A DNA stretch of 32,000 bases from assembly GCF_000011325.1 (NCBI RefSeq), contig NC_003450.3, positions 1,170,001 through 1,202,000 on the forward strand, given 5' to 3'. Below are positions 25,968-32,000 of this stretch, piece after piece. How positions within the stretch are numbered: the stretch's first letter is position 1; every line of letters starts with the position of its first letter. The translations under genes and the position numbers were made by a program. This DNA comes from Corynebacterium glutamicum ATCC 13032 (GTDB lineage: Bacteria > Actinomycetota > Actinomycetes > Mycobacteriales > Mycobacteriaceae). Under the pieces are notes generated by a model that worked only from the letters and a program-made list of their open reading frames with translations, made no database searches and was not told where the DNA came from.

Positions 25968-25973
25968 AGTGCC

Positions 25974-27623
25974 ATGAGACTGACACATGTAGACCAATTA
26001 AACCTTCCGTTTGGCACGTTGAGCAGCTATCACCCTTATGCATCGGCTCCGGGTGAGGCGGTGCCGGTGTCCTTTGATCAGCAACGACATGTGGGTGCCG
26101 GCGAGCGACCGGGTAGTTGGATGGCGATTAGTGTTTCTATGCCTAAGGCGATCAGCCGTGAGGAATTGGAGCGCGCGTGGCTTGAAGTGATTGAACGGCA
26201 CGGCACCTTGCGCACAGTATTTAGCACGGGAATGGGTGGGGAAGTGCAGCAACACCGCATTGATGTGGGCCCGGGAAAATGGATTGACCACGCCGTTGCG
26301 CCTGGTGAGAGCATTAATGAGGCGTTGCGGGCGGTGTTGAATCGGCAGTGTTCGCCGTACTCGAGGCCATCGCATAGTTTGTGCATTATTGATGCGCATC
26401 CGCGTCCCACGGTGATTATTGGTAGTGATCATTCGCATGTGGATATGTGGTCCATGCTGGTGATTGTGCGCGATTTGTTGGCTGCGCTCGATATGGAACT
26501 TCCCGTTGAGCCGCCGTTGGCGTTTGAATCGCACACCGCGGAACTCCTCGCGGCTCCACCTGCACCGGAGCGGATTCACCAGCGGTGGCGTGAAATTTTG
26601 GAAGCTGGTGGTGGAAAAATGCCTCAGTTCCCGCTTCCGCTTGGCGATGCCATCTCCATGCCTGAACGCGTTGAAGTCCGCGACATTTTCGGGGTCAATG
26701 GCTTGGCGATTTACTCGGCACGCGCCCGCGCACAACAGGTAAGCTCCCTGGCCTTGACTATTTCAGTGATGGCTGATGTTACGGCGGCGCTGGCGGACCT
26801 TCCGTTGCGTGCTGTATTCCCAGTCCATAGCCGTTTCGATCAGCGCTGGCACGATAGTGTCGGGTGGTTTATCTCCAATTCGGTCATTGAGGTGCCAGAT
26901 TCCGATCCTCACACTGCAGCCCAAGCTGTTCGCGAGGCTGTTTCTTTGGGAAGCTACCCGCTGGCTGAGCTGCTTGAACCGTGGGGTGGCATGCCGGAAA
27001 CGCCAGGAATGTTTGCTATTTCTTGGCTTGACCTGCGCCGACTCCCAGTGAGCATTGACGATATTGGCCTCCAAGCCCAGTATGTCAGCGCTTCACTGCG
27101 CACCGATGGTGTGATGCTGTGGTTTATTTTGGATCGCTCCGGCGCGCACCTTCGCTGTCGTTATCCTGACTCTTTGGTGGCGCGGGAAAATGTAGGCCGC
27201 TGGATTGATGCGATTGTTGCTCAGATGCGCGCCGAAGCTGGGACGGTGAATCTGCAGGCCGGCGGGGAACAGCTGACACTTCGGCATGGAACTCGCGCCG
27301 ATATTTCCGAGATCGCCCCGCTACTTGCCCGAAACGCAGCTGACCCTTGTGAGCTGGTGGATCTTGAACATGCCCTTGACCTGCTGACACACGAGTCTTC
27401 GCATTTCCTGGCGGTGGTTCGAAACGCTCGTGGCAAGATAATCGCAGCGATGCAGTTGACTATTGTTCCGGAGTTTTCCCGCGGTGGTGCGCTTCATCTT
27501 CACATCGAGGGGCCGTTCATTATTCCGGAATATCGCACCACCGATTTGGATAAAAAGCTGCGCGCCTGGGCTGTGGAGCATGGGCGTGCGCGAGGGGTGA
27601 AGGTTGAGGAGGTGGTGGGATAG
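25974..27623 (+). CDS. Stand-alone condensation (NRPS C / PapA-like acyltransferase) domain protein with a GNAT-like C-terminal domain, 549 aa
   Basis: C-domain core motifs occur in order: SFDQQR (C1-like), ERHGTLRTVF (C2, RHExLRTxF), DHSHVDMWS (C3, HHxxxDGWS; coords 26427-26453) and VGWFISNSV (C5-like). The C-terminal ~120 aa (FLAVVRNARGKIIAAMQL...IIPEYRTTDLDKKLRAWAVEHGRARG) has a GNAT-like layout. Confidence 0.8.
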   Translation: MRLTHVDQLNLPFGTLSSYHPYASAPGEAVPVSFDQQRHVGAGERPGSWMAISVSMPKAISREELERAWLEVIERHGTLRTVFSTGMGGEVQQHRIDVGPGKWIDHAVAPGESINEALRAVLNRQCSPYSRPSHSLCIIDAHPRPTVIIGSDHSHVDMWSMLVIVRDLLAALDMELPVEPPLAFESHTAELLAAPPAPERIHQRWREILEAGGGKMPQFPLPLGDAISMPERVEVRDIFGVNGLAIYSARARAQQVSSLALTISVMADVTAALADLPLRAVFPVHSRFDQRWHDSVGWFISNSVIEVPDSDPHTAAQAVREAVSLGSYPLAELLEPWGGMPETPGMFAISWLDLRRLPVSIDDIGLQAQYVSASLRTDGVMLWFILDRSGAHLRCRYPDSLVARENVGRWIDAIVAQMRAEAGTVNLQAGGEQLTLRHGTRADISEIAPLLARNAADPCELVDLEHALDLLTHESSHFLAVVRNARGKIIAAMQLTIVPEFSRGGALHLHIEGPFIIPEYRTTDLDKKLRAWAVEHGRARGVKVEEVVG

Positions 27624-27858
27624 TTGGTTTATTGGCGCCTCGTTGTGGAAGGCGATTTAAGGGGTCAAGGTGTTCCGGAGTGGTCCAGAGTGTCGGTTGA
27701 GGTTGTTTGGGTCCTTAAACGCGATTCTAGGAGGGTGACATTTTGGGGCAAGTGGGGTAGATGTGAAACCTGGGTGTTTGCTGATCAAGGACTCACCACA
27801 AACAGGCCTGGAAAGTAAAAATCGAACAGATTTTTGCATATTCCGGGAGCTAAGTTGC

Positions 27859-27903
27859 AAAAATCCACCACAGAAGGCTGGAAACCTCGAATCTGTGGTG
27901 GAT
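27859..27903 (-). terminator. Rho-independent terminator of the cyd operon
   Basis: A perfect 12-bp stem ATCCACCACAGA (27863-27874) / TCTGTGGTGGAT (27892-27903) encloses a 17-nt loop. On the minus strand TTTT follows (rc of the A-run at 27859-27862). It lies 84 nt after the cydC stop. Confidence 0.75.
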
Positions 27904-27986
27904 ATTCGCACATTCTTTCCCCTATGAACTAAGTCGACAACGACCACCAACTAACATCATTCTGGTCAGAAGACAGCGGGGCAAAA

Positions 27987-29543
27987 TTACCTCACATGCC
28001 TCACAATCACTACGGTTCTCCTAGCTCTTTTACCAGGGAGTTCATCGGAGGCCAGCATAGACAAGATTTCAGAGGAGCCTGCAGTGTCGAGGTGCTCGGT
28101 GGGTTCATCCAAAAGCAGAATTGGTGCATCACTTAGTAGTACGCGGGCAAGGAGCAGGCGGCGGCGCTGACCTCCCGAGAGACTATCGGCACCTGAATCA
28201 AGGACAGTGCCAAGACCATCGGGTAAACCTTGAACCCACTCTGACAAACCAACATGTTCCAGGATCGATGTCATTTCCGCGTCGGTTGCTTCCGGTGCTC
28301 CGAGTGCTAAGTTATCTCGGACAGTGGTGGCAAAAATGTGGGCATCTTCTGGACTGAACAGCACGGCGTTTTTCAACTCGGAAGGATTGGTGCCGTCGAT
28401 AAGCACTTGGCCTCCACGAGGTTCCAACAGCCCCGCAAGTGTGAGCAGCAGGGTCGTTTTGCCAGTTCCAGAGGGTGCGATGATTTCATGTCGTGAACCA
28501 AAGGTGAGATCCAGGTTGCTCGTGCCTAGGTCGCTGTCCCATCCATAAACTAGATTCTCGGCGCGTAATACGGGCTGGTCAGAGGCCGTGCGAAGCTCAA
28601 GAGAGACAGATTCTGGCAGCGCCGAGATTTCCGCAAGCCTCCTGGTGGCATCTGCGGCGCGGGTACGAGCAATCGCAGCATCGGGGAGAACAGAGACAGC
28701 CTCGAAAGCTGCGAGTGAAAGCAGCACCAACACACCAAACCACTGCGGTGAATGGCTTCCATCTGCATACAGTGACGCGGAAACCATGAGCACACCAATG
28801 ACAGTGAAACCGTGAATCCACAGGGAACTCGCTGCGCCAATGGCAGTGTCTTTCGCGCCTGCCTCCAGTGAAGAAGAATAGGAACGCGCAGCCACATCCG
28901 CCTTGGACAGAGCGGCCGGCATTTCACCACGAACACGAAGCGCCGCCTGGTTGGACAGCACCTGATCCAAGGAACTCAAGTAGGCTTCGCTGGATTCAGC
29001 GCGCCGGGCTTCGGCTGTTTTAACTCCGCGAGCAGCAAGCAGGGGAGGGATAATTGCAGCAGCAATCAATCCAATCGCCAGGACAAGTGCGGTTGCGGGG
29101 CTGAGAATCGCGGTGAAGATGATCGCGACAACTCCGGTGAGCAGGGCAACTCCGGCGGGAATGACGGCGCGGACGATGACATCGGCAACCGAATCGATAT
29201 CCACACCAAGGCGGCTAAGCAGTTCGCCGCGGCGCATCGTCAACGCAGAGTTTGGCGACGAAGCCAGGCGTTGATATGCACTCGAACGGGCTCGGCTGGC
29301 TGCCTTCAACGCCAAGTCATGTGAAACGATTCTCTCTATATAACGGAACATCGCACGGCTAATGCCCAGGGCTCGCACAGCGGTGACCGCCACGGTCAGA
29401 TCCATCACTGGCGGCATTTCCCAAGCTTTGGTGATCAGCCAGGCCGACACCACCGTCAGGGTGATGGAGGCGATCATCGTGACGCTACCTGCAACAACGG
29501 CGGGAATTAGCTCGCGGAAACGAAGTTTTACCAGGGTGTTCAT
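27987..29543 (-). CDS. cydC: Thiol-reductant ABC exporter subunit CydC, 518 aa
   Basis: TMD followed by an NBD with Walker A APSGTGKTT, signature LSGGQRRRL and Walker B ILLLDEPTEHLD. The ATG overlaps the cydD stop (ATGA at 29540-29543). It is the last gene after cydB-cydD. Confidence 0.9.
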   Translation of the reverse strand: MNTLVKLRFRELIPAVVAGSVTMIASITLTVVSAWLITKAWEMPPVMDLTVAVTAVRALGISRAMFRYIERIVSHDLALKAASRARSSAYQRLASSPNSALTMRRGELLSRLGVDIDSVADVIVRAVIPAGVALLTGVVAIIFTAILSPATALVLAIGLIAAAIIPPLLAARGVKTAEARRAESSEAYLSSLDQVLSNQAALRVRGEMPAALSKADVAARSYSSSLEAGAKDTAIGAASSLWIHGFTVIGVLMVSASLYADGSHSPQWFGVLVLLSLAAFEAVSVLPDAAIARTRAADATRRLAEISALPESVSLELRTASDQPVLRAENLVYGWDSDLGTSNLDLTFGSRHEIIAPSGTGKTTLLLTLAGLLEPRGGQVLIDGTNPSELKNAVLFSPEDAHIFATTVRDNLALGAPEATDAEMTSILEHVGLSEWVQGLPDGLGTVLDSGADSLSGGQRRRLLLARVLLSDAPILLLDEPTEHLDTAGSSEILSMLASDELPGKRARRTVVIVRHVR

Positions 29544-31084
29544 TTGACCTCCACCACTTCATCGGCAGCCGCACGCAGCAAAGGATCATGCGAAACCGCC
29601 AGTACTGTGGTGCCTCGGCGGGCTTCAGCCTGCAATTGCTGGATCATGATCGCAGCGTTGTCTGGATCCAGGTGCGCGGTCGGCTCATCCAACAGGAGCA
29701 ATTGCGCCCCAAGCTCACGTTTCAGCGCAAGCCGTTGGCGCTGCCCAAGCGACAGTTCCGCATAATCACTGACACTTTCCGGATCAATGACCGGCCGCTG
29801 CGGCAAATATGCGCAGTGCTCCCACAATGCGCTGTCCTTAAATTCCTGGCCCGAGGCATCCTTGACGGAAACCTCTCCAGTGATGCCTTCCGTCGCCAAG
29901 CCCAACACCGCTAGCAAGGCCGTGGATTTGCCGCTGCCGTTTGGCCCCCACAGCACCGTCAACTGCCCAGGCTTTGCGGTGAACGACAAATCAGCAGGCC
30001 TCGGCCCATCGCGTCCATCAGCGCGAAGCTTTTCGACGCTCACCTCCAGCCCGCCTGCAACGTCGCGGGGTGTGTGGGTAGGCGCGTCGACAAGCGAAGA
30101 AACGCTGAGTAATTTTAGGATCTCATCGGTGGCAACCAGGCCGTCTTGGGCGTCGTGGAAGCGGGTGCCGACTTCGCGGATCGGCGCGTAGACCTCTGGG
30201 ATGATGATCAGTACGGTCAGGCCGATGGCGAGGGTGAGATCGCCCGCGAGCAGGCGAAATCCGATGCCAACCGCTACCAATGCGACCGATAGTGTGGCCA
30301 AAAATTCCAACACAAAGCTGGAAAGGAACGCGATTTTCAGCACGCTCAACGTGGAGCTTGCATGTTGGGAGGATAGTCGCGTGACCTGAGCTGCCATGTC
30401 TTGGTGGCGCCTGAATGCTCGCAAGGTGGGCAAGCCTGCGATGAGATCAAGCAGCTGACCTCCCAAAATGGCTAGGTCGCTGAGGCGTTGTTCGGTGCGA
30501 CCTGCGGTGAGTGTTCCCACCAGCCACATGAACACCGGAATGAGGGGGAGCGTGATGATCGCGATGACCATGGACCCAACATCCAGCCAACCCACCACCG
30601 CGAGCATGACCGGGGTGGCAATGATCGTGGCGGCTAGAGCTGGCAAAAATCCGGTGAGGTAAGGCCCCAAACCATCAAGGCCAGAGGTCAAACGGGTGCG
30701 CCACAAGGCTTGATCGATGGTGCGGGGATCGCTTTGTGCCAGGTGCCGCAGGGTTTTCTCCCGAAGATCCACAGTCACCTGGGACGATGCGCGTTGCGCG
30801 AACCGATCCTGTGCCCACGCAAGAAGTCCGCGCACAACCACCGTGATGGCGAGCGCGATGAGTTCCATTCGGGGCAAAGAACTTCCCGAAACCTCAATGA
30901 TGCCCGCTGCCATCTGGCCGATGAGCAAGCCCATTGCGACTGTCGCGAGGGTTTTCAACGCGGTGAGAACACCTGCGATTATCACCCAACGGCGGGTAGC
31001 GGGGGATAGGCGCAAAAGCCGCGGATCGACGGGGCCGGCGCGCCTTTTTGCAGGAGCTGAAGATTTAGTACTCAATTTTTCCAA
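29540..31084 (-). CDS. cydD: Thiol-reductant ABC exporter subunit CydD (~511-514 aa)
   Basis: TMD followed by an NBD with Walker A GPNGSGKST, signature LSLGQRQRL and Walker B LLLLDEPTAHLD. The longest ORF (TTG 31186) overlaps cydB by 100 nt. There is no ATG before the first TM helix. TTG 31084 lies 2 nt after the cydB stop, and TTG 31075 is the other plausible start. Confidence 0.88.
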   Translation of the reverse strand: MEKLSTKSSAPAKRRAGPVDPRLLRLSPATRRWVIIAGVLTALKTLATVAMGLLIGQMAAGIIEVSGSSLPRMELIALAITVVVRGLLAWAQDRFAQRASSQVTVDLREKTLRHLAQSDPRTIDQALWRTRLTSGLDGLGPYLTGFLPALAATIIATPVMLAVVGWLDVGSMVIAIITLPLIPVFMWLVGTLTAGRTEQRLSDLAILGGQLLDLIAGLPTLRAFRRHQDMAAQVTRLSSQHASSTLSVLKIAFLSSFVLEFLATLSVALVAVGIGFRLLAGDLTLAIGLTVLIIIPEVYAPIREVGTRFHDAQDGLVATDEILKLLSVSSLVDAPTHTPRDVAGGLEVSVEKLRADGRDGPRPADLSFTAKPGQLTVLWGPNGSGKSTALLAVLGLATEGITGEVSVKDASGQEFKDSALWEHCAYLPQRPVIDPESVSDYAELSLGQRQRLALKRELGAQLLLLDEPTAHLDPDNAAIMIQQLQAEARRGTTVLAVSHDPLLRAAADEVVEVK

Positions 31085-31086
31085 CT

Positions 31087-32000
31087 TTAAGCAGACACTG
31101 GCTCGGCGTGAAGTCGTTTGCGGAACACCCAGTAGGTCCAGCCTTGGTAGAGGACAACCAGCGGTGCGATCACAGCGGCGGTCCAAGTCAGGATAGTAAA
31201 TGCGTAGGCGCTTGCGGAGGCGTTCCAGATATCCAGGCTCACGCCATCAGCAAGCGTTGTTGGCATGACGTTGGGGAAAAGCGAACTAAACAGCAGTGCA
31301 ACGACACCGATGACAGCGACGGAAGTGGACAGGAAGCTTAATCCATCGCGGTCTTTGATCAGTGCGAAAGCTCCACCGAGAACCGCTGCGATGATCAGCA
31401 CTGCGAGGATCCAGGACCAGGAACGGCCGTATGCGATGGCAGCCCACAACACGAAAGGTCCACCAGTCACCGCAGCAAGAAGTGCGACTACTGGAGCTGC
31501 CTTCGCCGCATCGGTGCGCACCCGACCAGCAGTTTTCAGGCGGATGAATGCGAGACCATGAAGGGCGAACAGTGCGGTGAACGCAAGTGCACCCAGAATG
31601 GCGAAGACGTTGACCATGCCAGGAAGGGCTGCCGCAGCATCGATGGTGTGATCCGCCTTGAGGGGCATGCCACGCAAAATATTGGCGAAGATGAATCCCC
31701 ACATCAGCGGTGGAGTCCAAGAACCAATAAAGATGGCCCGGTCAGACCACTTTTGCCAACGAGGATCATCGACTTTCTTGCGCCATTCAAGGCCCACCAC
31801 GCGCATGATCAACGACACAAGCACGAGGAACAGCGGCAGATACATTCCGGAGAACATCGTTGCGTACCACTCAGGGAAGGCAGCAAACAAAGCGCCACCT
31901 GCCACGATCAGCCACACTTCATTTCCGTCCCAGACAGGGCCAATCGTACGGATCACTGTGTTCCTAGCCGCTGAATCTTTACCGATGATGGGTGCCAAAA
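31087..32000 (-). CDS. cydB: Cytochrome bd oxidase subunit II, 3' part (CDS runs off the right edge)
   Basis: The frame is open to the window edge. The translation ...GPVWDGNEVWLIVAGGALFAAFPEWYATMFSGMYLPLFLVL... is the conserved CydB core. It is followed by cydD and cydC, as in actinobacterial cydABDC operons. Confidence 0.92.
   Translation of the reverse strand, partial: LAPIIGKDSAARNTVIRTIGPVWDGNEVWLIVAGGALFAAFPEWYATMFSGMYLPLFLVLVSLIMRVVGLEWRKKVDDPRWQKWSDRAIFIGSWTPPLMWGFIFANILRGMPLKADHTIDAAAALPGMVNVFAILGALAFTALFALHGLAFIRLKTAGRVRTDAAKAAPVVALLAAVTGGPFVLWAAIAYGRSWSWILAVLIIAAVLGGAFALIKDRDGLSFLSTSVAVIGVVALLFSSLFPNVMPTTLADGVSLDIWNASASAYAFTILTWTAAVIAPLVVLYQGWTYWVFRKRLHAEPVSA

Noticed and set aside
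25998-26735. A 245-aa minus-strand ORF.
   Set aside because: It is antisense within the condensation-domain gene. Its Arg/His-rich, low-complexity translation is typical of a shadow frame.
27624-27950. Small ORFs at 27624..27818 (+, 64 aa) and 27657..27950 (-, 97 aa) in the spacer between the C-domain gene and cydC.
   Set aside because: They have no RBS and an odd composition, and the minus-strand ORF runs straight through the cyd terminator hairpin. They are most likely non-coding.
1-32000. A search for CRISPR arrays, IS elements or transposases, integrases, tRNA/rRNA genes, toxin-antitoxin pairs and known defence-system domains.
   Set aside because: I saw no spaced direct-repeat arrays, no transposase- or integrase-like translations in any listed ORF, and no cloverleaf-like tRNA candidates in the intergenic regions. 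No nuclease, ATPase, SIR2 or TIR-type proteins appeared either. The window looks like conserved core chromosome.

Overview
The window reads as core chromosome of a Corynebacterium, closest from memory to the C. glutamicum odhA-metE-cydABDC neighbourhood. No database search was possible. I support 25 protein-coding genes.

Gene order, left to right:
- a partial MgtE_N/PRC-barrel protein (-)
- a stress-domain membrane protein (+)
- two lipoproteins, one OpuAC-like and one CueP-like
- odhA (-; real start is the GTG at 6163, not the longest ORF)
- a single-chain (TMD-NBD)x2 ABC exporter (-)
- an uncharacterised 239-aa protein (-)
- a shikimate-dehydrogenase paralog (-)
- a type-B carboxylesterase abutting an FhuF-like [2Fe-2S] protein (+)
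- a hyper-acidic protein (+)
- a hypothetical protein (-)
- two tandem MFS transporters (+)
- metE (-)
- a small membrane protein (+)
- an 852-bp gene-free structured interval
- a Tmm/mFMO-type flavin monooxygenase (+)
- a paralog of the small membrane protein (+)
- a patatin-like lipase (+)
- an alpha/beta hydrolase (-)
- a condensation-domain/GNAT-like fusion protein (+)
- cydC, cydD and the 3' part of cydB (-)

I saw no rRNA, tRNA, CRISPR array, IS element, integrase or obvious defence system. Several intrinsic terminators and operator-like palindromes are visible.

The most interesting unexplained items are:
1. The free-standing NRPS-type C domain fused to a degenerate GNAT tail, with no A/PCP partner, sitting next to two lipase/hydrolase genes.
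2. The 852-bp non-coding interval upstream of the FMO gene, which carries a 16-bp inverted repeat, an early hairpin with a T5 run, and a ~250-nt leader.
3. The two diverged paralogous small membrane proteins that bracket the FMO gene.
4. The asymmetric fused ABC exporter.
5. The esterase/FhuF-like pair.

All functional calls come from motifs read in the translations plus recalled family knowledge. None is verified by search.
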